Origin: Gemmataceae bacterium
Lineage (GTDB): Bacteria; Planctomycetota; Planctomycetia; Gemmatales; Gemmataceae
Assembly: GCA_046350275.1 (NCBI GenBank)
Contig: JAXMAS010000005.1
Location: forward strand, 13,224-77,223
DNA length: 64,000 nt
Reading direction: 5' to 3'
In this document: piece after piece, positions 54,609 to 64,000 of the stretch
Numbering within the stretch: the first letter of the stretch is position 1
Layout: every line of letters starts with the position of its first letter
The notes under the pieces: model-generated
What the model was told of the DNA's origin: nothing
The model's database searches: none
What the model saw: only the letters and a program-made list of their open reading frames with translations
Program-made: the position numbers and the translations under genes

Positions 54609-56954
54609 TTAGCCCGCGAGTGGCCCTTCAACCGACTCGATGCCGACCGAGAACTCGGACGTATTGCCGGACCAGTCGGTCGCCGTCGCCGTGAACAACT
54701 GCACGCCCGGCACCGGGTTGTTGCCGGTGTAGACGAACGAGCCGAGGCCCGAGGCGTCGGTCAGGACGGCGACGGACCCGAGGTAAAAGTTCCCCTCCGC
54801 GACGCCGGTCGGATCGTCGTCGAAATTGGCGAACACGTCGATCCAGAGCGAGCTGTTCGGCAGGCCGGTCACCGAACCAGCGACGCGGATCGTGTTACCC
54901 AGTAGCGGAACGGCCGAGGACAGGACCGGCGCGGCTCGGTTGGCGTTTGTCCCGGCGGCCAGGTCGATGCCGAGCAGGGCGTTGCGGTAGATCGCGCTGC
55001 CGCGAATCGCGTTGCCGGCACCTCGGACCACGCTGACGCCGGCCCCCTGACTGTAAGCGATGGTGTTGCCCTGGCCCGGCGACGTGCCGCCGATCACGTT
55101 TGAGTTGCCGGCGATGAGGATGCCCGCCCCGCCGTTTGGCAGCGACCGGAGGCCATCGCTGGCCAGCCCAATGGTCGTGCCGACGATCGTGTTCGTCGAC
55201 GCGCCGCTCAGTTCGATACCGTTTCCGGTGTTGCCGGCGATCAGGGTCGGGAGCGAGGGGTCGCTCGAGCCGATTCGGGTCAGTGCCACACCCGTGCCGA
55301 GGAAGACACCGTCCCCGGCGTTCGGCAGGGCGGCGTCGCCCCGCGTGTTCGTGCCGATGTAACTGAAGTTGACTCGGGTGTTGCGCGCCCGCCCGAGGAT
55401 TGCGACGCCGTGGCCGAGGTTGCCCGAGATGACGTTCCGCGGGGCGACCGAGAAATCCTGTTGCGGGCCGCCGATCGTGATGTCGCGAGCTTGCCCGCCG
55501 ACCTCGACGCCGTTGTCGAGGTTACTCATGACCGTCGAGCCGTCCGTGTTCAGGCCGATGATACATTGCACGATCTGAACGCCGTGGGCCGAGCCGGAGA
55601 TTTCCACGCCGTCGTCGCCGTTGCGGGAAATGATGCTCGTCTTTACGACGTTGCCGGAGCCGGACGACGTGAAGTTGAAGCCGTCCAAGCCGTTGCCGAG
55701 GTTCATCTGCGTGCTGAACGCGGCAACGCCGGAGAACGAGTTGAACGCGACGAACCCGCTCGCCGAGTCGCGGACGGCCACGCCGTGTTGGCCGTTGGCC
55801 GAGGTCACGTTGCCGAGCGGAATGACGCCGCCGAACGTGGTGTTCGCAGACGTCCCCTCGATGACGGCACCACTCCCGGCGTTGCCGACATTGGCGATGT
55901 TGTTGGCTCCGAGGCCGAAATAGTTCGCCTGGACGACAGTGTTGTTCGAGTCGCGAACCCGCAGGCCGTTCCCTCCGTTCCCGCCGACCACGTTGAAGAA
56001 GACGAATGGGTTCAGGTTGCGGAAGGTGCCGAGCAACGCGTTGTCGTTCGCGCCGATGATGGCCACGCCGTCGAGTTGGTTGCCGACGGAAAGTAGACCC
56101 GTGATGTCGGTGCCGATGAAGTTGCCGCTCAGGTTGTTAAACCGCGCGCCGGCGTTGATCAGTACGCCGTTGCCGGCGTTGCCGGAAATGACGTTGCCGA
56201 GCGGTGGCCGTGCGCCGCTCGTCGGGGACGGTGTCGTGCCGCCGATCGCGTTCGACCTCGCCCCTTGCGTGATGAGGATGCCATCGCCTCCGTTGCCCAG
56301 GTTGGCCGTGCCCGTCCGCTCGGTGCCGATGAGGTTGTTGACGACGGTGTTTCGAGACGAACCGAGGATGGCGATGCCCGCGCCGGCGTTGCCCGAGATG
56401 ATGTTGCGGTCGGTTGTGTTGGGTCCGCCGATGGTGTTCCCGCTGGAGGTTGCAAGGATCTCGAGGCCGTTACCCGTGTTGCCGGCCGCGGTCACGCCGT
56501 CGATCCGCAGGCCGATGACGTTGCCGAACACGCTGATGTTTGATCCGGCCAGGGTAACGCCGGCACCGGCAGCGTCGAAGTGGCCCAGGGCGTACAGGCT
56601 CGAACCGCTGGCCGTGGTCGCGAACCGCAAGCCGGCAAACCCGTTGTAATCGACCTCGACCACGGGGAGAACCTGATAGCGGGGAGCCGTCCGGCCGTCG
56701 ATCGACACCGGGCCAGTGACGGCGGGCAGGGCGCTGGCGAGGGTGATCGTTCCGGGAACGTCGAACTGGATGACGTCAGCCCCGGGCGCGGCGTTGGCGT
56801 CGATGATGGCCTGTCGCAGCGAGCCGGCTCCTGCGTCGCTGAGCGTCGTCACCGCGAACGTCGCCGGGACGGTGCGGTCTTCAAGCTGAACGAGCTCTAT
56901 TGGGGCATGGACGGAGCGGGGCGTGGTGGCCCTGCGCAGAGACGGTGCGAGCAT
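54609..56954 (-). CDS. Secreted right-handed parallel beta-helix repeat protein
   Basis: It has an N-terminal VQLEDRTVPATF segment and dozens of about 22-residue turns (...GN.G.GI.I.G...N.I.GN....). The C-terminus also has beta-helix-like repeats. Confidence 0.6.
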   Translation of the reverse strand: MLAPSLRRATTPRSVHAPIELVQLEDRTVPATFAVTTLSDAGAGSLRQAIIDANAAPGADVIQFDVPGTITLASALPAVTGPVSIDGRTAPRYQVLPVVEVDYNGFAGLRFATTASGSSLYALGHFDAAGAGVTLAGSNISVFGNVIGLRIDGVTAAGNTGNGLEILATSSGNTIGGPNTTDRNIISGNAGAGIAILGSSRNTVVNNLIGTERTGTANLGNGGDGILITQGARSNAIGGTTPSPTSGARPPLGNVISGNAGNGVLINAGARFNNLSGNFIGTDITGLLSVGNQLDGVAIIGANDNALLGTFRNLNPFVFFNVVGGNGGNGLRVRDSNNTVVQANYFGLGANNIANVGNAGSGAVIEGTSANTTFGGVIPLGNVTSANGQHGVAVRDSASGFVAFNSFSGVAAFSTQMNLGNGLDGFNFTSSGSGNVVKTSIISRNGDDGVEISGSAHGVQIVQCIIGLNTDGSTVMSNLDNGVEVGGQARDITIGGPQQDFSVAPRNVISGNLGHGVAILGRARNTRVNFSYIGTNTRGDAALPNAGDGVFLGTGVALTRIGSSDPSLPTLIAGNTGNGIELSGASTNTIVGTTIGLASDGLRSLPNGGAGILIAGNSNVIGGTSPGQGNTIAYSQGAGVSVVRGAGNAIRGSAIYRNALLGIDLAAGTNANRAAPVLSSAVPLLGNTIRVAGSVTGLPNSSLWIDVFANFDDDPTGVAEGNFYLGSVAVLTDASGLGSFVYTGNNPVPGVQLFTATATDWSGNTSEFSVGIESVEGPLAG

Positions 56955-57360
56955 TGGGGTCGCCTATGTTATGGGGTGGATCGAGCGTCAACGGCCGGGC
57001 GAAGTCATCCGCAGGCTCGTCCTGACGCGGACCGTTGCAGTTCATCGTGGCTGGCAGTGAGTCAACGAAATCGGTAACAGAGGGTAGGTCGCGGATCGAG
57101 GGCAGGCAAATCAGGCCTGCGATGGCGGGTCGGCTCCACGCAGAAGCGACGGCGACACCACCTTAGGGCACGCTCGGCGACGAGAACTCTCCGGCTCGAC
57201 AATTGACCTTTTGTCGATGCCAACCGGTCGTACGTCCGCTGGACGTCGCGCAGCCTTGCCGACCCAAGCTACATCGTGCGGAATCCCCGCCGCCGTTTGC
57301 AAAGCCGCCGCTGTGATCTATGCTCGGTTAAAGGCCGCAACTGACAAATTGGGATCACAC

Positions 57361-57708
57361 ATGAACTGGACGAAGTCGTTCGGGATCGTGGCGCTGTGTC
57401 TCGTGGGATGTGCATCGCCGCCTCCACCGAAGACAGAAATTGTCTCTGAGCTGGTGGCCGCGCGAGAGATTCCGGCTGGTACGACCATCGACCGGAGCAA
57501 CGACCTGTTCCACTATGGACGGTTGTACTACAAGGGCGAGAAGCCCAAACAGAGTCCACTCCTTTCTCCGCTTCCGCTGGGTGTTTTTCCTGGTGCCTGG
57601 ATGGGCATGATGGAGGGGAAGAAGGTCGCCCGCAGTCTGAAGAAGGGTGAGACGGTCCGGATGTCCGACATCGTGGAGTCTGACGACTCGCCATTCCAAG
57701 TGCCCTAG
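57361..57708 (+). CDS. Small lipoprotein with a SAF (CpaB/FlgA-like) domain
   Basis: It reads MNWTKSFGIVALCLVGCAS (lipobox). The segment LVAAREIPAGTTIDRSNDL fits the SAF/CpaB N-terminal motif. Confidence 0.45.
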   Translation: MNWTKSFGIVALCLVGCASPPPPKTEIVSELVAAREIPAGTTIDRSNDLFHYGRLYYKGEKPKQSPLLSPLPLGVFPGAWMGMMEGKKVARSLKKGETVRMSDIVESDDSPFQVP

Positions 57709-57971
57709 AAAGGCTCAAGCCGGTCGATGGCCGCTCACATGTCTTGGCAGGCATGCGGCCTGGCTATGCACGCTCGCGCCCCGTGCTGACGCGCTCGGCC
57801 GGTTTTTTGCCTAGACCGCACAGACATGTTCCTTGTGCGATCTGCTGTTTCTCTAGCTATCGGCACTTCGATCCTGTCCCTGATACTCGTATACTTGCAT
57901 GGACTCGAAATACTACGGACGGTCGTCGGAGCCGTAGTGCGGGATGCCATCACCGCAGTCGGGCAAGACTC

Positions 57972-60464
57972 ATGCAACGAAAATTGGCTATCGTCCTCGC
58001 TTGCCTTGTCCTGATGGGAGCCGCTTCCCCAATCGCCCCCGCACAGGAGAACGCGCCGAAAGTCGCCTCACCCAGCAAGGAAGGCGTCGAGTTCTTCGAG
58101 ACGCACATCCGCCCCGTCCTGGCCGACCGCTGTTACGAGTGCCACTCGACCCAATCCAAGAAGCTCAAGGGCGGCTTACTCCTCGACTCGCAGCCCGGCG
58201 TCGCCAAGGGCGGCGACAACGGCCCGGTCGTCGTGCCCGGCGACGTCGAGAAGAGCCGGCTGATCGAGGCGATCCGCTGGGCCGATCCCACATTCGCAAT
58301 GCCGCCCAAGGAGAAGCTCACGCCGCAACAGATCGCGCGGTTCGAGCAATGGGTGAAGATGGGCGCGCCGGACCCGCGGACGACGACGGCGAAGCCGCAG
58401 GCGGCGGGGAAGGCCGTGGACGTGACCGCCGGTCGCAGCTGGTGGGCGTTTCAGCCCGTCCGCGAACTGCCCGCGCCGGCCGTCGCGCAGCCGGCGTGGC
58501 CGAAGAAGAAGATCGACACCTTCGTCTTGCAGCAGCTCGACGCCGCGCACCTGTCGCCGTCGCCCCGCGCCGACCCGCGGACGCTGATCCAACGCGCCTA
58601 CCTCGACCTGACCGGCCTGCGGCCGACCTACGAACAGGCCGAGGCGTTCGCCGCCGACCCGTCCGACGCGGCCTACGAGCGCGTCGTCGAGACGCTGCTC
58701 GCGTCGAAGGCGTACGGGCAGCGGTGGGGCCGGTACTGGCTCGACGTCGCCCGCGGCGGCGAGGACAACCCGACTTCGGAAGCCACCAACCCGCCGTACC
58801 CGTATGCGTGGCGGTACCGCGATTGGGTCATCGACGCGATCAACCGCGACGTGCCGTACGACCGCTTCGTCGCGCTGCAACTCGCGGCCGACCTGATGCC
58901 GGACGTGCCGCGGGGCGACCTCGTCGCCACCGGCTTCCTCGGGGCCGGCCCGATCTACCACAAGGACGGCCGGCTGTCGAAAGAGGTCATCGAAAACCTC
59001 TACCACGACGACTGGGACGAGCGGGTTGACGTCGTCTCCCGCGGCGTCCTCGGGCTGACCGTGGCGTGCGCGCGGTGCCACGACCACAAGTTCGACCCGA
59101 TCACCACCCGCGACTACTACGCCCTCGCCGGCGTCTTCGCGTCCACCGTCGCCGCCGTCCGCCCGACGGCCAAGGTGGATGCCGCGGCCGAAGCGACATT
59201 CATGGCCGCGGCCCAACGCCTCTTCTACCTCAGCTACGCCGCGAACCTGATGCGGACCGAGCCGGGCAGCAAGCCGAAGGACGCCCGAAAGATGGTCGAG
59301 CGGTTCGTCGCGGAACTGGACAAGATCGAGGAGGAGATCGCCCCGCTCCGCACCAGCCACCCGGACCTGCACGCCTACCTCGCCAAGCTCGACAAGCGGC
59401 CCGCGCCGTACGAGCCGAAGCCCGGCGACAAGCCGGCCGCCCCGGCCGAGCGCCAGGGCCGACGCCGCGGCGGGTCGGTCGAGCCGTTCTTCCATTCCGT
59501 GTACGACGCCGGCCTGTGGGTGGACGGGTCCGACCCCGACTTCACCATGATCGACGTCCGGCCGGGGCAGCCCCACGACCTGAACGTCCTGCCCGGCGGC
59601 AACGTGGCCAAGCCGCGCGAGTCGGCCCCGCGCGCGTTCCCGGCCGTGCTGGCCAAGGGCGATGCCGACTTCCGCCGCGGGTCCGGCCGACTGGAACTGG
59701 CCGAGAAGCTGTTCACCGACGCCGCCCCGCTGGCCGCTCGGGTGATGGTCAACCGCGTCTGGGCGTGGCACTTCGGCCGGCCGATCGTCGGCACCCCGAG
59801 CGACTTCGGCGCACAGGGCGAGAAGCCGACGCACCCGCAACTGCTCGACGACCTGGCCGCCCGGTTCGTCGCCAACGGCTGGTCGCTCAAGTGGCTGCAC
59901 CGCGAGATCATGCTCTCCGCGGCGTACCAGCAGGCCAGCCGGCCGCGGGCCGACGCGGCGAAGCTCGACCCGGCCAACCGGCTGCTCTGGCGGATGGCCC
60001 CGCGGCGGCTCGACATTGAGGCGTACCGCGACTGCCTGCTGCAAGCGGCCGGCAACCTCGACCCGACCGCCGGCGGGCCGTCCGCGGACATCGACGGGCC
60101 GGGCAACGTCCGCCGCACCGTCTACGCCCGCATCGGCCGCGGCCGGGTGAGCAACCTGCTCCAGCTTTACGGCTTCCCCGAGGCGACCATGCACAGCCCG
60201 GGCCGCGAGGCCGTCACCACGCCGATCCAACAACTGTTCGTCATGAACAGCCCGTTCCTCCGCGAGCAGGCGGCGGCGCTGGCCGCGGGCGTCGCCAAGG
60301 AGGCCGACACAACCGCCCAGGTGCGGGCGATGGTGCGCAAGGCGCTGGCCCGCGACCCCACCGACCGCGAACTGGCCCTGGCCGCCGAGTACATCGCCGC
60401 CGCGTCGCTCAAGGACTACGCCCACGCCCTGCTCAGCACCAACGAGGTCATCTTTTGGCCATGA
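57972..60464 (+). CDS. PSCyt (planctomycete cytochrome c, CxxCH) / DUF1549 / DUF1553 domain protein
   Basis: It has a signal peptide and the heme-binding motif DRCYECHS. The large protein has the characteristic PSCyt/DUF1549 ... DUF1553 arrangement, ending ...[11 protein letters not shown]. It is paired with the downstream DUF1501 gene as is typical. Confidence 0.8.
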   Translation: MQRKLAIVLACLVLMGAASPIAPAQENAPKVASPSKEGVEFFETHIRPVLADRCYECHSTQSKKLKGGLLLDSQPGVAKGGDNGPVVVPGDVEKSRLIEAIRWADPTFAMPPKEKLTPQQIARFEQWVKMGAPDPRTTTAKPQAAGKAVDVTAGRSWWAFQPVRELPAPAVAQPAWPKKKIDTFVLQQLDAAHLSPSPRADPRTLIQRAYLDLTGLRPTYEQAEAFAADPSDAAYERVVETLLASKAYGQRWGRYWLDVARGGEDNPTSEATNPPYPYAWRYRDWVIDAINRDVPYDRFVALQLAADLMPDVPRGDLVATGFLGAGPIYHKDGRLSKEVIENLYHDDWDERVDVVSRGVLGLTVACARCHDHKFDPITTRDYYALAGVFASTVAAVRPTAKVDAAAEATFMAAAQRLFYLSYAANLMRTEPGSKPKDARKMVERFVAELDKIEEEIAPLRTSHPDLHAYLAKLDKRPAPYEPKPGDKPAAPAERQGRRRGGSVEPFFHSVYDAGLWVDGSDPDFTMIDVRPGQPHDLNVLPGGNVAKPRESAPRAFPAVLAKGDADFRRGSGRLELAEKLFTDAAPLAARVMVNRVWAWHFGRPIVGTPSDFGAQGEKPTHPQLLDDLAARFVANGWSLKWLHREIMLSAAYQQASRPRADAAKLDPANRLLWRMAPRRLDIEAYRDCLLQAAGNLDPTAGGPSADIDGPGNVRRTVYARIGRGRVSNLLQLYGFPEATMHSPGREAVTTPIQQLFVMNSPFLREQAAALAAGVAKEADTTAQVRAMVRKALARDPTDRELALAAEYIAAASLKDYAHALLSTNEVIFWP

Positions 60465-61831
60465 ACCCGCCGATGACGCGCCGCGTGATGCTGCAATCCC
60501 TCAGCACCGGCCTCGGGTCCGTCGCGCTCCTCGGCGCGCTGGCCGACGAGCAGGCCCGCGCCGCGGACGCCAAGCCGGCCGTGCTGCCGCACTTCGCGCC
60601 GAAGGCGAAGGCGAACGTCGTCCTGTTCATGCCCGGCGGCCCGTCGCAGATGGACCTGTTCGACCCGAAGCCGGCCCTCGAAACGCACGCCGGCCAGCGG
60701 CCCGAGTCGGTCAACCTCCGCACCGAGCGGACCACCGGCGGCCTGTACCCGTCGCCGTTCAAGTTCGCGAAGCACGGCCAGTCGGGCCTGGAAGTCAGCG
60801 AGTTGCTGCCGAAGCTCGCGGCCATCGCCGACGACCTGTGCGTCGTGCGGTCGATGTACACGTTCAACCCGACGCACACCCCCGCCCGCAGCCTGTTCCA
60901 CACCGGCAACATCGCGGCCACCCGGCCGGGGATGGGGTCATGGATCTCCTACGGCCTCGGGTCGGAGAACCGCAACCTGCCGGGCTTCGTCGCGTTGGCC
61001 CCCGGCGGCGGCGGGGCCGGCATGCGCAGCGGCTTCCTGCCGGCCAAGCACCAGGCGACGGCCCTCGACGACACGATCACCGACCCGGAGAGGATGATCC
61101 GCCACCTGCGGAACCAGCAGCTCGACCCCGCGGCCCAGCGGCGGCAGCTCGACCTCGTGCAAGAGTTGAACCGCGACCACCAGCGGGCGGTCGGCGAGGA
61201 CGAGTTCTTGGAGGCCCGCATCCAGGCGATGGAGACGGCGTACCGGATGCAGACGGAGGCGACGGACGCGTTCGACCTGCGGGGCGAGCCGGCGGCGGTG
61301 CGGGAGGAGTACGGCAAGACGCCGTTCGCGAACGGCTGCCTGTTGGCCCGCCGGCTGGTCGAGCGCGGCGTCCGCACCGTCCACGTCCACTACGGCCCCG
61401 GCCAACCGTGGGACGACCACAGCAAGATCAACAAGCACCTCCGCGGCCGGTGCCCGGACATGGACCGGGCGTCGGCCGCGCTGATCACCGACCTGAAGCG
61501 CCGCGGCCTGTTGGCGACGACGGCGGTGGTCTGGGGCGGCGAGTTTGGCCGGACGCCGGTGTCCGAGAGCGGCGACGGCCGGGACCACAACCCGTACGGG
61601 TTCACGATGTTCATGGCCGGCGGCGGGATTTTGAGGCGGCGTCTGCTACGGCGGCACCGACGAGTTCGGCTTCCGGGCGGTGGACCGGCGGGTGTCGATC
61701 CACGACCTGCACGCGACGCTGTTGCACGGTATCCTCGGCATCGACCACGAGAAGCGACGTACCGCTACGCCGGCCGCGACTTCCGGCTGACCGACGTGTA
61801 CGGCGAGGTCGTCCGCGACCTGTTGGCGTGA
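60461..61831 (+). CDS. DUF1501 (sulfatase-like) protein with a twin-arginine signal; carries an internal +1/-1 frameshift pair (about 61627-61757)
   Basis: It reads [26 protein letters not shown] (Tat-like). The DUF1501 core is conserved up to ...[16 protein letters not shown]. The next roughly 40 residues in the annotated frame are Arg-rich and low-complexity. The conserved DUF1501 segment ([40 protein letters not shown]) is readable in the +1 frame. The original frame resumes at [24 protein letters not shown]. Confidence 0.7.
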   Translation: MNPPMTRRVMLQSLSTGLGSVALLGALADEQARAADAKPAVLPHFAPKAKANVVLFMPGGPSQMDLFDPKPALETHAGQRPESVNLRTERTTGGLYPSPFKFAKHGQSGLEVSELLPKLAAIADDLCVVRSMYTFNPTHTPARSLFHTGNIAATRPGMGSWISYGLGSENRNLPGFVALAPGGGGAGMRSGFLPAKHQATALDDTITDPERMIRHLRNQQLDPAAQRRQLDLVQELNRDHQRAVGEDEFLEARIQAMETAYRMQTEATDAFDLRGEPAAVREEYGKTPFANGCLLARRLVERGVRTVHVHYGPGQPWDDHSKINKHLRGRCPDMDRASAALITDLKRRGLLATTAVVWGGEFGRTPVSESGDGRDHNPYGFTMFMAGGGILRRRLLRRHRRVRLPGGGPAGVDPRPARDAVARYPRHRPREATYRYAGRDFRLTDVYGEVVRDLLA

Positions 61832-62063
61832 CGCCAGGCAGACCTTCCGCGTCCGCTGGCGTCCCTTCTTGCGTTCCGGTTGAGCAGGGCCGTTCTCAAG
61901 TCGAAGGCGAATGGTCGGAGGATGTCCTGTAGGGTGGTACGAGCGCACGGCGAGTACCACCACGACCATCCAGCGCTCCGACAGGTCTGGTGGCACTCGC
62001 TGCGCTCGTACCACCCTACGGGTGCCCGCCTTGGACTTGAGGGCTTGGCCACTACGAGTTGAC

Positions 62064-62135
62064 GGGATTCAGGTGTTACCGGCGGCATCCCCGGCTCTTA
62101 CCCGGGTGGTGAGGGTTCGACTCCCTCGGGTCCCA
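62064..62135 (+). tRNA. Putative tRNA-Lys(CUU), atypical (A at position 8, G.U-rich D-stem)
   Basis: The acceptor stem GGGATTC/GGGTCCC has two G.U pairs. The anticodon stem CCCGG/CCGGG is perfect with loop CUCUUAC (CUU, U33 present). The T-arm is GAGGGTTCGACTCCCTC. The D-arm is weak. Confidence 0.4.
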
Positions 62136-62141
62136 CTGCAC

Positions 62142-62212
62142 GCAGTCGTGATGTAACGGTAGCCTCCGTGTATGCCACGCACGATGCGCGGGTTCGACTC
62201 CCGCCGACTGCA
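62142..62212 (+). tRNA. tRNA-Gly(GCC)
   Basis: The acceptor stem GCAGTCG/CGACTGC is perfect. The anticodon stem CGTGT/GCACG surrounds loop AUGCCAC (GCC). The T-arm is GCGGGTTCGACTCCCGC. Confidence 0.65.
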
Positions 62213-62217
62213 CTCAC

Positions 62218-62290
62218 GTCCCGGTGGAGTAGCGGCTAACTCGTCACCCTGTCACGGTGAAGATCGCGGGTTCAAATCCCGTCCGGGACG
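62218..62290 (+). tRNA. tRNA-Asp(GUC)
   Basis: The acceptor stem GTCCCGG/CCGGGAC is perfect. The D-arm is GAGT-AGCGGCTAA-ACTC. The anticodon stem TCACC/GGTGA surrounds loop CUGUCAC (GUC). The T-arm is GCGGGTTCAAATCCCGT. Confidence 0.75.
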
Positions 62291-62724
62291 CTCCAATCGA
62301 AGCCGGCCTCTCCCGAACGCCGGTTGCGGCTAGTGGCCCATACCGGCAGGGTATCGGGCCGCTGTTACGAGGATGGCCGTCACCAATGCTGCGGCGACGG
62401 CCACGCACACGCAGCCGGCAACGACCGCTGGCTGCCCCGTCAAGGTCTTCCGTCGCGTTAGCATGAACTGCCGCCGAACGACGCTGACACCGCCCAGCCA
62501 GACGGCGACGAACCCAAGGCACAGGCCGGTCAGAAACAGCGGTTCGGCGCACATTGCAGTAGCCTTGTCTTATTCGGCGAAGACGGCCCAGCGAGTCGGT
62601 GGCACGTGCGCGACGGCATGCGTCTGGAATGCCCATATCGGCAGGCCGATCTCCCGGCATTACTTCCGCACCGGGCCGGCGGCCGCTAAACTGTCGGCAC
62701 TCGCCCGCGCACGGAGGGTCGGCC

Positions 62725-63102
62725 ATGTCGTTGCGTCGGTGCGTCGTACTGGGCGTCGGACTGCTGTTCGCTGCGGTGGGCGTTGGCGTATTCGCCCGTC
62801 AGATTCCGCCGCCTGTCGACCTTTCGCCAATTCGGACGGCTGTACCAGCCCTGGAGCCGCCAGGGATCATTCGCTCCGCGAAAGACAAGATGGAGGCGGT
62901 CAAGGTGCCGACCCTGGCCGAGATGATCCAGGAGGTGGAGGCGATCCGGCTTCAGAAGGCGGAACTCGACAAGCGGGAACGCAAGCTCGTGCAGGCCATC
63001 CAGGCCCAACTCCGCCAACACCGGGACAAGCTGCGACTGCTTGGGATCCCGGAGGATTCGTCCGAGCCGCCACTGGCCGAACCGGCCACCGCGAAACCAT
63101 GA
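62725..63102 (+). CDS. Hypothetical small membrane-anchored/secreted coiled-coil protein
   Basis: An internal ATG gives MSLRRCVVLGVGLLFAAVGVGVFA, followed by a charged helical region (EAIRLQKAELDKRERKLVQAIQAQLRQHRDKLRLL). Confidence 0.4.
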   Translation: MSLRRCVVLGVGLLFAAVGVGVFARQIPPPVDLSPIRTAVPALEPPGIIRSAKDKMEAVKVPTLAEMIQEVEAIRLQKAELDKRERKLVQAIQAQLRQHRDKLRLLGIPEDSSEPPLAEPATAKP

Positions 63103-63234
63103 GGTCCGATTCGCAGTCGTATGTCGGCGGTTGCGCGTGGACGATTCGTCGGACTGTCCACAGCCGGCAAACAAAGCGAGCCGGGACAACAAGTCCCGGC
63201 TCGTCGCGTTTCGACCGTCGATCGACGGGTCAGC

Positions 63235-63699
63235 TTAGGCCGCCGACCAGTCTCGCTTCGCATCGCTTGCGTTCTTTGACAGGTGAACGTGATCGTCCAC
63301 CCGAGCAATCCACGAGCCGGGGATGTAGTGGTGTTGCCCATCGGGGCTGTCGTTCTTGGTAAGCTTCAGCCGGTTGCCTTCGACGTGATCGACCACGCCG
63401 ATCTTGCAGCCGCATGAACTGATCACGTCCATCCGTTCCTGGACGGCGGCGACCTCACCGGCCCCGCCTTTGGCCACGCCGCACGATCCGCTGGCTGACG
63501 AGGAAGAGCCAACGGCTTCCTGCACGCGGTTGACAACCTTGTCCTTGGTCTCGCCGAGCGTGTTGCCGACCTGGTGGGCCTTCTCCTTCGCCCAGTCGGC
63601 TGCCTTCTCGACGCCCTCGCCAATCGAGTGGCCGATTTCCGTCGCCTTCTCCGAGACGCGGTGGCCCGCCTGCTGCACTTTGTCCTTGAGGTCTGCCAT
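63235..63699 (-). CDS. CsbD-like N-terminal segment fused to a DUF2171-like C-terminal domain (stress-protein-like)
   Basis: It reads MADLKDKVQQAGHRVSEKATEIGHSIGEGVEKAADWAKEKAHQVGN (CsbD-style KxG repeats). The C-terminus is VVDHVEGNRLKLTKNDSPDGQHHYIPGSWIARVDDHVHLS. The ORF track extends to 63786. Confidence 0.4.
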   Translation of the reverse strand: MADLKDKVQQAGHRVSEKATEIGHSIGEGVEKAADWAKEKAHQVGNTLGETKDKVVNRVQEAVGSSSSASGSCGVAKGGAGEVAAVQERMDVISSCGCKIGVVDHVEGNRLKLTKNDSPDGQHHYIPGSWIARVDDHVHLSKNASDAKRDWSAA

Positions 63700-64000
63700 G
63701 GTGTTTGTCCTCCAGTGAGTCGGGAATGCCGCCGGGCATGGAGTACAAAGGCCCTGCGGCGAACCAACACAAATCGATAGGTGCAAACGGCGCGCCGAAG
63801 CCTAAAGTGCGAAATCGACGGTACAGTCTGGCCGTCCCGGTGTGCATTGTCATTCCGAAACGCCGGAGAAGGGCAAGCCGAGGCGTGGTAATTGCGCTCG
63901 TTATCGGCATCGCGTCGCCCACCCTTCTAGCGGTGGAGCGCCTCATGATCGCCACTCACGAACACTGAGGCCTATGCAAGGACTGCAAGTGGTGGCAGAT

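Noticed and set aside
58176-60425. 749-aa minus-strand ORF opposite the PSCyt/DUF1553 gene
   Set aside because: It is antisense to a gene with strong family-specific motifs. The Arg/Gly/Asp-rich translation is typical of a GC-rich antisense artefact.
60838-61932. 364-aa plus-strand ORF in an alternative frame of the DUF1501 gene
   Set aside because: Most of it is an out-of-frame reading of the DUF1501 gene. Only the short segment at about 61630-61750 corresponds to the genuinely conserved frame, and that is handled in the frameshift finding.

Overview
The window is high-GC (roughly 65-70%) chromosomal DNA that looks like Planctomycetes, probably a Gemmataceae-type genome. The supporting hallmarks are two DUF1559 proteins with prepilin-type N-termini, a PSCyt/DUF1549/DUF1553 gene paired with a DUF1501 gene, a BBP7-like beta-barrel, an ECF sigma/FecR pair, and a multidomain Ser/Thr kinase with WD40 and LRR regions. 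Housekeeping genes (leuA, pyrB, pyrC, ribD, a DAHP synthase, gntK, a Nudix hydrolase and several tRNAs) are interleaved with accessory content. I found no transposase, integrase or CRISPR array. The observations most worth follow-up are: (1) four tandem, translationally coupled paralogous genes (1-6267), each encoding two fused ABC-2-type permease-like domains, with no ATPase gene in the window; (2) a 3.2 kb low-GC island (about 6600-9850) holding a DUF1559 gene, three hypothetical secreted proteins and a small Cys/Gly-rich ORF; (3) an ExbB-ExbD-ExbD cluster (9911-15810) in which TonB is replaced by a membrane-anchored, Pro-rich-linked protein ending in a terpenoid-cyclase/prenyltransferase-like alpha/alpha-toroid domain, followed by a HEAT-repeat protein that carries coding tandem repeats; (4) a roughly 95-nt stem-loop (31337-31430) built from heptamer repeats, (GGAGTCA)n facing (TGACTCC)n, directly before the ribosome-binding site of an SPFH/Band-7 gene; (5) a minus-strand module made of an orphan secretin with Cys-rich extensions, a zinc-ribbon/P-loop GTPase, an ECF sigma factor and a FecR-like anti-sigma factor (41243-46579); (6) a DUF1501 gene carrying a compensating +1/-1 frameshift pair that scrambles about 40 conserved residues; (7) several tRNA or tRNA-like genes whose anticodon loop or stems look unusual by eye (C at position 33, mismatched stems); (8) a long leader with an intrinsic terminator and a poly-C tract in front of a DUF2330-like gene. 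Coordinates of hand-read structural elements may be off by 1-2 nt. In several places my base numbering differed by one from the supplied ORF coordinates; where they disagree I used the ORF-derived frame arithmetic.
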